Shown here one piece after another: positions 40,950 through 53,307 of a stretch of DNA of 64,000 nucleotides. The DNA is from Chiloscyllium plagiosum (Eukaryota), in the NCBI RefSeq assembly GCF_004010195.1, contig NC_057716.1:19437396-19501395 (forward strand). The letters are read 5' to 3'. The notes beneath the pieces are model-generated. The model had not been told where the DNA came from and did not search any database. It saw nothing but the letters and a program-made list of their open reading frames with translations. A program made the translations under genes and the position numbers. Every line of letters starts with the position of its first letter. Position 1 is the stretch's first letter.

Positions 40950-41062
40950 ATGGGGACGGGCTCGGAGCTGCCGGACACCCGGAGCTGGAAGGTCGAGGGG
41001 ACCCCGCTGGAACTGGTGCAGGAGAGGTTGCGGAGACGGGGCCTGAGCGACCCGTGGGCCCG
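40950..41062 (+). CDS. NDUFB3: NDUFB3 coding exon 1 (complex I B12 subunit)
   Basis: Kozak caccATGG; [37 protein letters not shown](R), cf. ELPDYRQWKIEGTPL..GLRDPWGR; donor CG|GTGGGT. Confidence 0.95.
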
Positions 41063-42114
41063 GTGGGTGAAGTGGGGCTCGGGGCTGTGGGAGTTGAAAG
41101 CCCATAAATGGTGCTGGGAGCTTAAAAATGACATGACACCAGGTTATAGTCCCACAGGTTTATTTGAAAGTACTATATTTGATGCTGTAATGGTAGTGCA
41201 GTGGTAGCCGTGACTGGTAATTGTGAATTGTTGTTAAAATTCCCGCTGGTTCACCCAGGTCCCCTTCAGGAGGAGAAACCTTCCATCCCTGACCCCTCAC
41301 CCCTGATGTTCCAGCTGTGCTTCAGCTGCCCTCCGAAATGGCTGGAGACAAAAACAATCTGCAGATGCTGGAATCCAAGGCAGACAAGCAGGAGGTTGGT
41401 AGAACACGGTGAGCCAGGCAGCATCAGGAGTTGGAGAAGCCAATGTGTAGCCCTTCTTTACAAACAGATTCACAGGCACCATGTCCTGCTGGTCTTGCCT
41501 CCCGTGAGAGTAATCTGCCCCCCCCCCCCCCCGACTTGGCTCGCTGGGGCAGCACTTTCACCCCTGAATCAGAGGAAAGAAAAAAAGTCCTTGCAACTCC
41601 CTATTTCCAATCTCAATGTCCACTGCACTGTCTTCCAGATGTGGTGTTAGGCTGAAGCCTTATTTGTCTCATTGTAGAAATATAAAATACTGTATCCCCC
41701 AAGGCACTATTTTAAAAGAGAGCAATCCACCCTGTCTTGGCCAATGTTTAGCCCTCAACAACCATTGAGAAAAATAACAGATTCTGATGGTTTAATTGCT
41801 GTAGTGGGGTTTTTTGTTGTGTATAATCTGGCAGTCATGTGTACGTTACAACAGGAGCTACAATTCAAATTTATTTCATTGGCTGTGAAGTGTTTTGGCA
41901 CTGCCTGAACTGCTCTGTGCCAGTGTTTATATTTTACCCAAGTGTCCTCCCACACAATGTTATTCTCACCCCATTATCCGTCTTTCCATTCCTTTCTTGT
42001 GCTTATCTAGCTTCTCCTTAAATACCTCATCCTTTCCCTTTGAAACTGGGTTCCACATTCTTACTGCTCTCTTGGTAAAGATGTTACTCATTAATTCTCT
42101 TTTGGATTGATTAG

Positions 42115-42690
42115 TGGGGTGGCTCCAGTCAGAGGTCCTCTGCTCGCCAGTTCCTTTTCATTTTTTTTTCTCATCTTTATAGCTTTTCTCACCAGCACTG
42201 CTCCCCCTCACTCCCTGCAAACTTTTCACTGCCCCGCCTTGCCCTACCTGGAGAGTGGAGTCAAGGGAGATGGGTCATGGCCAGAACCCGGGAGGGAGCA
42301 GAGCACATAGGCTGAGACAATTGGCAGCAGAGTGAGCACATGTCAAGTCCTGCGGCAGAGCAAGTGGGCTGATTCTGGAGGGATGGCAGAGCAGGCTGTA
42401 GCTAGAGTGGTAGCAGAATGGGCACGGCCCAGGCCAGTCCTGGAAGGAGGCTGGCACGTGGAGGCACTGTGGCCGCTTGTTCTGGGGCCAGCTGGCACAG
42501 ATTCATGTTGGAGAGGAACTGGAGCTTAAGTACTTTATGGTCACTTTCTATTATCATTCTGGACTTTTATAGCTCTGTTCCCATGCTCACCTTTTTTTTA
42601 AACTCTGTAACAATACTTAAAGTATATGTACTTTGTACCTAAGATGATGTTGAGAGGCAACTTCACAAACTTTTCACTGCAGTCATTCTA
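42115..42690 (+). mobile_element. Non-coding LINE-tailed element (same family as 56635-57320)
   Basis: GC-rich body, then GTACCTAAGATG..AAACTTTTCACTG tail shared with the minus copy at 56.6 kb. Confidence 0.5.
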
Positions 42691-44519
42691 TTCTGTTCTT
42701 CTCTTCATATTTCTTAGTTTGGGTCTTCTCCACAGCTAATCAATTAAAATCTTAAAAACATCTTACTTTGATTTTTACCAGTGGTTATTACCCCCTTTTT
42801 GGTAGAATCTTGCAAATCTCTTTTTCAGACTCTCCAGTGCGTCTGTGCCCTTATAACGTGGAGAGCAGAAATCTCTACAGTGGCTTTGTGTAATCTGGTT
42901 GAGGTTCCAATGAAGTTTAGCATACATTCTCTGCTTTTCAATCTTTTTTGGATTCTTTCACAGGATTTGGATATTGTGGGCGAGGCCAGCATTTATTATC
43001 CCTCTTTAATTGCTCTGGCAGAAGGTGGTAGAGAATATCCTTGCTGCAATACTTGGGATGTAGATGCATTCTTAATGCTGTAAGGACTGGAGGTTTGGGA
43101 TTTTGACCCAGTGACAGTGAAGGAATGGCAATATATTGCAAGTCAGAATGATGAGTGACTTGCTGATGGTGGTGTTCTTGTGTGTCTGCTGCTCTTGTCC
43201 CTTTAGATGGTAGAGGTTGTGGATTTGAAAAATGTCAAGAGAATCTTGGTGAGTTGCTGCAGTGCTGCTGCTGTGCTTCGGGAGTGGAGAGTATAAATAG
43301 ATATTGTGGGTGGTGCCAACTGGGGTTCTTTTATTCTGTCAGGTGTTCATGTTTCTAGATTATGATTGACTATAATAATATTGAACTTTTATTTGGAAAT
43401 TTTTCAGTCAGTCAGGGTGCTGATTACTGAGCTGCTGTGAGCAGTTGTTGATGTTTCTATTCCTGGCAGCATGTAATGACCAGCTCTGGTTGCTGATTCA
43501 CTGCTGGCTTGAGAGGACTGAGAATTTCATTTTGCCTCTTGCCAGGCAAGCTGGTGAATTTCTAACCCATGAATGAATTCACCAGCTCATTCTGGTGTCT
43601 CACCCAGGTCAGTCTTGACCAACCATTATCAGTTAGTCTTGACCTCACTCAAAATTTAAGCTTTAAACATGGCATTGCTGCAACAGTCATCAGCACATGG
43701 AACTCCAAATGATTTTCCCTCTTCGAGCTGAGGCCGTTTGGCCAGTTTTTCATTCCTAATACCAGCTAACCCAGCAGAGCCCATGGAGAGCTTTGGCTTT
43801 GATACTCAGGAGTTCCGTGGGCACAGATGTGGATTTATTATTGTCTGTCCCCCCGTTGGAAATGAACAGAGCAACTTTGTACATGTGTGAATTATGAAAG
43901 CTTGGAAGTTGTTTTTTTTTTAAAATAATTTCATGTTCTCGTTGCTGGCAAGGTCAACTTTTGTTGCTCATCCCTAATTTCTCTTGAACTGAGGAGCTTG
44001 CTAGGCCATTTTAGAGGACAGTGAATTACAATGCCATTGGACTGGAACCAGACCAGAGAAGCACTGCAGATTTACTTCCCTAAAGGGCAATGATGAACCA
44101 AATGGGCTTTTAGTGACTGTCAGTGATAGTTGTTACAATTAGTAGTCCAGTGACATTAGACTACACCTCTCTCTCTCTCACTCTCTCACCCACTCACCCA
44201 CTCAATTTTTACTACTTTATGGCAGGATGTGGAAGTCTTACAATCTAAAATCAGAAAAGACAGAAGCCATCCTAGCTAAATCATTAAATGTTTGAGATAA
44301 AATCTCTCCAGTAGTGGTGACTCCTAGAACAGATTCCTGTCAGATTAGTGTTATTGGCAGAGGCAGGTCTCTGCAAGTCCAGCTATTTGATAATCACTTT
44401 GCTAATCATTCCCTGGGTGTTAGAACGTGTGACCATAACAAAGTGGCTTATGTTGCTGCTGTCCCTGACTGCTCACAAACCACTTTGGCCCTGAAGTTAG
44501 AAAGCAAGATTGAGTCACC

Positions 44520-44680
44520 AGTTGACAACCCGAAGCGGCAGATTCAAACCACTATAAATGCCGGAGGAAACATCACAGAAGCGCTTCACAGGAGGCTCCC
44601 AAGCACTGAGGATGTCACCTAGACAGGGGACGAAACGTCTGCAACACAAGTTCCCAGCTTGGCGAACAGAACCACAACAA
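44520..44680 (+). mobile_element. Penelope-like terminal repeat (solo)
   Basis: Closely matches 55920-56080: ACCACTATAAA..GGAGGAAACATC..AAGCGCTTC..GGCGAACAGAACCACAACAA. Confidence 0.85.
44603..44642 (+). ncRNA. Minimal type-I hammerhead ribozyme motif in a PLE terminal repeat
   Basis: GCA-CUGAGGA-U-GUCACCU(AGAC)AGGGGAC-GAAAC-GUC^-UGC: conserved core, stem II hairpin, palindromic ACGU stem III, GUC cleavage triplet. Confidence 0.75.
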
Positions 44681-45864
44681 CTTTGACAAGTGATCTAATT
44701 TTAGTTCAAAATTTTAAAAGGATGTTCTTAAGTTCTCTGCCTGAAGGCAGATTTGACCCACAAAGTCACCATCTCTGCCATGAGTGGAGGAAGGAGGCAG
44801 GTCCTGAATTCACCCCCATCAGAACAGGAATCAAACTCCATTTCACTAGCACAACCATCCGGCTTTCTGAGCAAAGTGGAGTCAGTGCAGCTGTGGCAAG
44901 ATGCACATTTACATGTTGTAGGCTGGAGCTAATGACAACCATGGTTGAGGCTCCAATTTCTTTCCATCCCATGACCAACTAGGTTCACCTCCCAGTCTTA
45001 CTACCTACCATTGGCATGTGTTGGAAGGATTTGTGGGTTGGTACTCATCGTAACTGGCCACGTTATCGGCTCCCCTTTCTTGACAATCTAATCCTGGGGT
45101 GGGAATACAAACTGGTAGCTTCTGGTTCAGGCAGGGACAAGACTGCTGGGATTCCATGGAGTTGACCAGGCAAAACTGTTCCTTGTGGAAATTGAAATGA
45201 GCGCTCTACTTCATTTAGGAGTGAAACCAGTAAGTATATTATCATAATCTCAAAGTGTGTAAACTTGGAGCTCATTCCTCAAAAAAAAATTAATTGAAAT
45301 TGGAGGAGAAAGATTGCTTTTGTGTGTAAAATGATCAAAAGAAAAAAGTTTGTGGAGTTAAGTACAGATTAGGCATGTTCTGATTGAGACTGTTGAACCA
45401 TTCAGTCAGTAGAATCGCTGCTTCCTGCTCCATATATTTTATATAGATCTGTAAACATGATAGCCACCAAGCTGTTCTATTCTATCTCTAGTCTCTAACT
45501 CCATTCCTCTCCAATCTGACTGTGTCTGAACCAGACCATTTGCAATCTTTCTTTCCCCATCCTCTCCTCTCCAAATGCAGAGCCCTCATGATTGTCCCTC
45601 TCCCTCCTGCAACTTCCAGTGAGGTGGATTGTTGCCAGTTCAGACAAATCTGTCATTTGCTTTTTTTATTGACATTCCTTGCCTTGTACTGGTTCAAAAC
45701 CCTGCAATCCCACTCGAATGCCATGTGAGAAATTTGCCTTCAGTTAATACGAGAGACCTGACCATCAGTTGTTCAAAGTACACATGACTGCTTTGTGAAC
45801 TATGCCAGAATTAACAGTTCACATCCAATCTTAAGACCATTTTCTTTGTTGTCTTTTCTAACAG

Positions 45865-46021
45865 TAATGAAGCCTGGCGGTTCAACGGAGGCTTTCGTAA
45901 ACCTATCACCTTCACCAATGTCTTTTCTCGAGGCTTCAAATGGGGATTTGCAGCATTTGTTGTGGCTTTGGGTGTTGAGTATGCACTATTTTCTCCCAAG
46001 AAAAACGGAGGACATCACTAA
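45865..46021 (+). CDS. NDUFB3: NDUFB3 coding exon 2 (to stop; total 89 aa)
   Basis: tctaacAG|T AAT GAA..; [63 protein letters not shown] is diagnostic. Confidence 0.97.
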
Positions 46022-46126
46022 TGAATGAAGACTGAAGACTTTGAAATTATGTACAACTCTCTATCTCTCCTTTCCAGTCAGTGAGCTGTAACCAATGTAT
46101 GAAACAAGAAGCAAATGTCTTTACAG

Positions 46127-46132
46127 AATAAA
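46127..46132 (+). terminator. NDUFB3: Probable NDUFB3 polyadenylation signal
   Basis: AATAAA ~105 nt after the stop codon, followed by T-rich sequence. Confidence 0.7.
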
Positions 46133-47169
46133 ATAATTAATTGAATCAGCACTTATGCTCAGTCATGTTCCTTTTGAAGTCTTTTCACCATTGATATCAG
46201 CTCCTATTATCTGTTTTCACCTGGTGACTGCCCTATACTTGTTTCGTGTGTTCTTTTTGTTGATTGAGAAGCATGTGACGTTTTCTCTGGTGCGCACACT
46301 TACGAGTTATCTTTGGCGCGTTCCTATTTCTCATTTGCCTGCTGCTTCTTGGAGACATCATCAAAAAATAATTCAGGATCCATAATAGGAAGTCTTATCA
46401 CTTTTTTCTTGATTTTTTCACTGTGCCGTCAGGCTGCTTGTTTAATGTCCAGTATTGGATAAGGTACAAGCACCTCCAGTGAAACATTGGGAAGCCTTGT
46501 GGCCATTGCCTCAAGGTGTCTTTGAATCACAAAATATCAAGTAATTACAAAGGCCAATGAAAATATTGGCTTTTATTGCAATGAGGATGGAGTATAACAG
46601 TGGGAAAGTTTTGCCCCAGCTGTACATGTATAGTTTTGGTCTCATTAAGGAATAATACTTGCATAGCAGACTGTTCAAAGAATAATTAGTTTGGGGTTGC
46701 CTTATGAGAAAGGTTGATTGGGTTGGGCCTGTACTGTTTGGAGCTGAGAAGAATGAAAAAGTGATATTTTTGAAACATAAGATTCTGAGAGGGTAGATGC
46801 TGCAAGGATATTTGTGGAGGGAATCTATAACTGGGGGCATGGATTAAAAATAAAGGGTCTCCCATTTAGGAGACAGATGAGGAATTTATTTTCTTGGAGG
46901 CTGGGTTGTCTTCTCTCCAGAGAGTATCATTCAGGACTCTGGGTTATTAGTCCAGTAACACAATAAGTTTGCTACTGTGCCTGAAACAAAAGCAGTAAAA
47001 TTCTGAGCTGGCAGCATCTGTATGAGAAAGCAGAGTTAAAGTTTTGATTTTGACCACTCTTCAGAACCAATCTCTTTTTTTTCAGATCTCCAGCATCTTT
47101 GCATTATGTTACAGTACCTGCTGAGCTCTCCATGTTATGTGGAGGTGAGGGGCATGACTTGGTATTTGA

Positions 47170-47680
47170 AGAGTCTATGTTGGAGGGGATGAGGTGTAAA
47201 GGGGCAGGAAGGATGAGGATGTGAAGGTTGGGAATATATAAAGGGATGGGGGGTATATGAGGGATGTGGATATAGGGGTGGTGGGGGTATATGAGGGATG
47301 TGGATACAGGAGGTTTGGAGATATATAAGGGTGAGGGTATATGAAAGATGGGGAGGGAAGAGAACATATGATGGATGGATGATGGTATATAAGGGAAGGG
47401 GATGTGGGTACAGGAGGATTGGGATTATGTGAGATGAGAATGCTGATACAGGAGGGTTGGGAATATAGAAGGGATAAAGGTATATGAGGGAAGAGGATGT
47501 GGATACAGAAGGGTTGGGGATATATAAAGGGATTGGGGTATATGAGGGAAGGGGATGTGGATAGAGGAGGATTGGAGTTATGAGAGATGGGAATGCAGAT
47601 ACAGGAGGGTTGGGGAAATAGGGATGAGTGAAGGGGATGTGGATACAGGAGGGTTGGGAGTATATAAAGGATGGAGATGT
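47170..47680. repeat. G-rich purine minisatellite upstream of the CFLAR promoter
   Basis: Recurring GGGATGTGGATACAGGAGGGTTGGGAATATATAAAGGG-like units with strong G/C strand asymmetry. Confidence 0.8.
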
Positions 47681-47699
47681 GCTATACACTGCATGTGGA

Positions 47700-48130
47700 C
47701 GGGAATTCTGTGTGGGAAGACAGGGAGTAAGTGGGCCATGGTGTTTAGGAAATACCCCAATGAAGACCGTTCCGAGGGAGAGGAGATGTTTTTACGATGT
47801 TCCTGCGCTCCGTTCAGACAGTCCGCCCGCCCAGAGCCTGTGGTCAGAGAGCGGCGGGGGGGAGCCGGCTCCCGGCCCCGGCCCCTGCCCTGATCATAAC
47901 GCGATGCTTTCACTTTCACTTTCTCCAGGGGACGAGAACAGGTGATCGGGGCAGGTCGGTGTGTGAGGCCCGGAATCCGGCCCGCGATTAACCACTACCG
48001 CAGGAGGAGGGCCTGAGCCTGGGCCTGGGCCCGGGGTTGGAACTGGAACAGAGGCCGGGGACTGGGCCTGGGCCCAGGGCTGGAGGAAAGCCTGGGGTTG
48101 GGCTGGAGCAGAGATCAGGGCCTGGAGCTG
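47700..48130 (+). promoter_or_regulatory. CFLAR: CpG island: probable CFLAR promoter and non-coding exon 1 (donor after 47941)
   Basis: CpG-rich; kB-like GGAAATACCCC (47748), GC boxes, IRF-type GCTTTCACTTTCACTTTC (47906-47923), donor ACAG|GTGATC. Confidence 0.65.
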
Positions 48131-48865
48131 GAGGAGAGGCTGGATGTTTGGAAACCCCACCCCCACACCAGGAGATGGTATTTGTAGGAGATGACGAAGT
48201 TAAATTGATCAAGGTGTTGATGGTTAGAACTTGTGGCAGAGCACAGAGGATGACACCATAAAGTTAGAGTGTCAGGGAAAGGAGGTGGATGGTGATACAG
48301 CACAGAATAGAGGGGGTGAAAGGCCTCCTCCATACCTGGCAACACTGGAATCAGATCAGTAGCAATGAAAGCAACGAGGAGAGTATAGTTTAAGATTACA
48401 CTGACATCCCAAAGGGACAAATGGCCTAGGATGCGAGACAGTTGGTCTCGGAGACATGTCAGCCTTTAGACCTGTTGATTTTCTTTGTGCTGTTTCTCTA
48501 GTGACATTGTTTATTTTCAGTTTCTCCCTCTTGCCCCTTGATTTTCTACTATTGTTGGGATGCTGTCTTCAGCTGCTTCATCAGCGAATTTCCCTCCATT
48601 GTAAGATCAAAAGTGGGAATGTCTGCCCATGATTGCATAATGTTTAGCACCATTCAAGACTTCTGAAATACTGAAGCAGTACACGATCAAATGCAGCACA
48701 AACTAGGCAAGATTCTGGTTTTGGGATGAAAAGTTGCAAATAACATTTGAAATAGATAAGTGCCAGGCAATGACCATTTCCAGCGAGAGAATCTAACAGT
48801 TGTCCCTTGACATTGACACCCCCACTACCAAGTTCCTGTGTGTTACCATTCCAGAAATTGAAGAA

Positions 48866-49823
48866 TCAGTGCTGGGTCCACCGCTTTTTGTCATTTATAT
48901 AAATGATTTGGATGTGGATATAGTAGGTTTGCAGATGACACCAAAATTAGAGGTGTAGTGGACAACAAAGAAGGTTACCTCAGAGTGCAATGGAATTTTG
49001 ATTAGATAGGCCAATGGGCTGAGAAGTGGCAGATGGAATTTAAGTTAGATAAATTCATTCTGGAAAGGCAAATCAGGGCAGGACTTATACATTTAAGGGT
49101 AAATTCCTGGGGAGTGTTGCTGAACAAAGACATCTTGAGGTAGAGGTTCATAGTTTCTTGAAACTGGAGTCGCAGGTAGATACGATAGTGAAGAAACCGT
49201 TTGGTATGCTTGTCTTTATTGGTCAGAGCATTGAGTATAGGAGTTAGGAGATCATATTGTGCCTGTGCAGAACATTGGTTAGACCACTTTTAGAATATTG
49301 TGTACAGTTCTGGTCTACTTCCTATCGGAAGGATGTTGTGAAACTTGAAAGGGTTCAGAAAAGATTTACAAGGATGGTGCAGGGTTGGAGGGTTTGAGTA
49401 TAGGGCGAGGCTGAATAGGCTGGGGCTGTTTTACCTGGGGGTCAGAGGTTGAGCGGTAACCTTATAGACGTTTATAAAGTCATGAGGGGCATGGATAGGG
49501 CAAATAGACAAGGTCTTTTCTCAGGGGTGGGGGAGTCCAGAACTGGAGGCCAAAAGTTTAGAGCAATAGGGGAAAGATATAAAAGAGACCTAAAGGGCAA
49601 CTTTTTAATGCAGAGGGTGGTGCATGTATGGAATGAGTTGCCAGAGGAAGTGATGGAGGCTAGTACAATAACAACATTTAAAAGGTATCTAGATGGGCAT
49701 ACGAATAGGAAGGGTTTAGAGGGATGTGGGCCAAGTGCTGGCAAATGGAACTAGATTAAATTAGGATATCTGGTCGGCATGGACTGAAGAGTCTGTTTCC
49801 ATGCCATACATTTCTATGACTCT
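48866..49823 (+). mobile_element. CR1 3' fragment nested in another LINE (~48560-50435)
   Basis: 'FADDTKI', 'GNLIDVYKVMRGMDR..QRVVHVWNELPEEVMEA..GPSAGKWN'; CTATGACT tail. The flanks continue a different LINE ending AAATGGTGGCCCAGCTAGCAACAC. Confidence 0.85.
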
Positions 49824-50574
49824 GTATAAGTACTGTGGCTACAAGAGCAGGTCAGAGGCTAGGAATCTTACAGTGAGCTACTTACCTCCTGATTCTCAGA
49901 AGCCGATCCACCATCTACAAGGCATAAGTTAGAAACATGATGCAATATTCCCCACTTGTCTGGACGACTGAAGCTCCAACTCAAGCTTGACCCCATCTAG
50001 GACAAGCAGCCTGCTTAATTGGCACCACGTTCACAAAAATCCATTCCATTCACCAGCAACGCTCAGTAGCAGTAGTGTGCACCATCTACAAGATGTACTG
50101 CAGAAATCTACCAAGACTCCTTGGACAACACTTGAAAAACCTACAGCCACTACCATCTAGAAGGAGAAGTGCAGCAGATATATGGGAACACATCTTTGCA
50201 TGTTCCCCTCCAGGCCATTCATCATCCTGATTTGGAAATATATTGCCATTCCTTTATTGTCGTGGGGTCACAGCCCTTGAATTTCTTCCGTTATGACATG
50301 GATCAAATCCTACAGGACAAGGACTGCAGGGGTTCAGGAAGGCGGCTCACCACCAAATTCTCAAGGCAACTTGGAATGAGCTGTAAATGGTGGCCCAGCT
50401 AGCAACACCTACACCTTGTGAATTAATTAAAAAAACTCTTTGATTGTCTTCTACTATGAAGACATATAGTTTACTTGTTATGAAGGAGGAGGCTTATGGC
50501 AATGGATTTAGATGAGAAATGTAGGAAGAAGCTTGAGTGGAGCCATAAACATTGGCATCACTGGTTCGACCAAA

Positions 50575-51230
50575 CAGTAGAGTCACAGCTAGATAGGATA
50601 ATGAAGAAGGTGTTTGGTATGCTTTCTTTTATTGGTCAGAGTATTGAGTACAGAAGTTGGGAGGTCATGTTGCGGCTGTACAGGACATTGGTTAGGCCAC
50701 TTAGAGTATTGCATGCAATTCTGGTCTTCCTATCAGAAAGATGTTGTGAAACTTGAAAGGGTTCAGAAAAGATTTGCAAGGATGTTGCCAGGGTTGGAGG
50801 GTTTGAGCAATAGAAAGAGGCTAAATAGGTTGGGGCTGTTTTCCCTTGGAATGTTGGAGGTTGAGGGGTGATCTTATAGAGGTTTACAAAATTATGAGGG
50901 GCATGGATAGGACAAATAGACAAAGTGTTTTCTCTGGAGTGGGCGAGTCCAGAACTAGAGGGGTATAGGTTTAGGGTGAGAGGGGAAAGATATAAAAGAG
51001 ACCTAAGGGGCAACTTTTTCTCACAGAGGGTGGTACGTGTATGGAATGAGCTGCCAGAGGAAGTGGTGGAGGCTGGTACAATTGCAACATTTAAAAGGCA
51101 TTTGGATGGGTATAAGAATAAGAAGGGTTTGGAGGGTGCTGGCAGGTGGGACTAGATGGGTTGGGATATCTGGTCAGCATGGACAGTTTGGACCGAAGGA
51201 TCTGTTTCCATGTACATCTCTATGACTCTA
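50575..51230 (+). mobile_element. CR1 3' fragment
   Basis: 'IEYRSWEVMLRLYRTLVRP', 'LERVQKRFARMLPGL', 'RVWNELPEEVVEAG'. Confidence 0.9.
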
Positions 51231-53005
51231 ATTGGCCTATTGGTGCCATGTATCTGTGCCATGTATCTGTCTACTGTTAATTATCTTGGGAGGCTGGGGT
51301 TCACGCGATGAGGATGGTAAGCATATGTTGCATAGAATGGGTTTAAGAAGACAGCAGAGAAATGGGAAATTTCAATTGCCAGAGTCTAAAATGTGTATGT
51401 CCCAATAGTGCAGAGACTACAAGGTGAGCAGTGAGGTTGTGAACACCCTGGACCTTCCACACCATAGGCTTTCCCCACACTGCTCCCAGCAGTATAAACT
51501 GGTTGAGTAAAATCTCTTTGTTCTCCAGGCAATGGTTTCCCTTTGAACTGAGTATCAGACCCAAGATAGGTGGACCTACAATTTGTAGCAGATTCAAATG
51601 TGCAATGTCAGAGAAGACGCTGTCACAGAAGTAGTGCGTCATTGAGAGTCCTTGAGCAGAGTGCAGTTAAACGTCAATACCAACAAGAAGTAGGGCAGCT
51701 GTAGGTTTGTCATAGTTCTGAGGAATGAGCTGAGATCAATTACTGAGTTATTGCTGAGAAAGCTGTTAGTGAGAGGAGGAGGAGCTGGGATAGATTTAAA
51801 ATTGTAACAGAAAGGATAACCACACATGAATATTGATGGGGATAAAACAAACCATCACCAAAATGGATAAATGAGGAAAATCTAACTGTTTAAAAGTTAA
51901 GAACAAAACAGGAATGCTGTTATAGTGATAAGGATATTACATTGAAATACAAATTGCGATGAATAGTAGGCCATTTTGCCTCATGGCCTCCTCCAGTTTT
52001 CAGTAAAGTCTTGGTTGATCAGATTATGACTTCAACCCCAGTTTCATGCCCCGTTGATAACCTTAGATTCTGGACTAACAAGGGAGTCACTCTACCTCTG
52101 CATTAAAAGTATTCAATAACTCTGTCTTTACTGTTCTGTAGGAATGTTCTCACTAGGGAGAGACGAGCTTTGGGAGAGGGGTAAGCATTTACTGAATCAG
52201 GGCAGAGGAAATTTGGGAGGAACGGAGATGTGGAGAAGTGTAGGGAGTTAGCACATATTAGATTAGATTGAAGCAATACAAAATAGAGGGAAGGGAGAAA
52301 GATCGAACTGAACAATAGAACATGGTTAAGTATTAATTAAATTTTAACTGTCTAATTTAGGACATGGTAAAGATTTCTCCACAGTGTCTGCATCAAGCAC
52401 TCCCAGGGCAAAAGGTGTGGGAGTTAGGTGCACGGTTAAGCTTGCTCTGTAATGTCCATTAAATAGTCTAACCTAGAATCAAAAATCTTAATGAAGAGTA
52501 TGGAAACATTTATGTATCCCCTTGCTAATGTTCTCCACCTTTGTTGCTCTCACTGGCTGGAGTCTGTGGCCATCATTCAACCTGCTGTACGTCACTCCAA
52601 ATGACCATTATTCCTGACTGTGCTTCAGCAGTGTACGTCGGTCTGAAATGTGAGTGAAGCTTTGATAAGCTAGATGGCTGTGGGCTGTTGATATTGAACT
52701 GCAACCATGACTGAGAGGAGATGAGCAAGAACAAGTTTAGAATGGAACCTACGACATTTCTCTTAAATCTAGAGTTGGTTGTACAACACTTGCACAACAT
52801 TTTGGTGTGTTCTAAACCAAAAAGCATTAGTGATTAATTCATATTTTTCTCCTTGTTTAGATCTTTGTCAGAGTTTCGTTTTGTGCTGGAAAAGAGAAGT
52901 CAATGGCGTCACCAGACATGAGGTCACAGTACAATGTTATAGGCTGGGGAAATCGCAGTTTTCTGTAAGGAATTCTTGGGGCTGCTTCCTTCAATATTCA
53001 ACAAT

Positions 53006-53307
53006 ATGTTCAAGCAAAATACTATGGATATCAGACGACTGGCATTGCAAATAGCTGATAAACTGTCGAAGGATGAAAGTGCCACCTTAGTGTTTTTGTG
53101 CCTTGATATTCTGAAAGATTATTTAAATATTGGGGAAGTGAAAGAGCTGTTTGAGATACTGTCCAAACGGAACCTGCTGAGGATTGAGCTCCTAAGTGAA
53201 CTGCTTTATCGAATAAAGAGGTTTGATGTTCTGAAAGGATTGAAAGTTGACGTGAAGTGTTTGGAGAGACATTTGAACAGTGGTAAAGGATACGTATCTT
53301 CATACAG
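53006..53307 (+). CDS. CFLAR: CFLAR/c-FLIP first coding exon, DED1 (exon starts at 52861; alternative ATG at 53024)
   Basis: MFKQNTMDIRRLALQIADKLSKDESATLVFLCLD..ELLYRIKRFDVLK..YVSSY(R), matching c-FLIP ELLYRVRRFDLLK; acceptor tgtttAG at 52860, donor AG|GTaaa; position next to NDUFB3 fits conserved synteny. Confidence 0.92.

Noticed and set aside
47135-47689. 184-aa Pro/Ile/Tyr-rich ORF
   Set aside because: Translation of the minisatellite; no splice or homology support.
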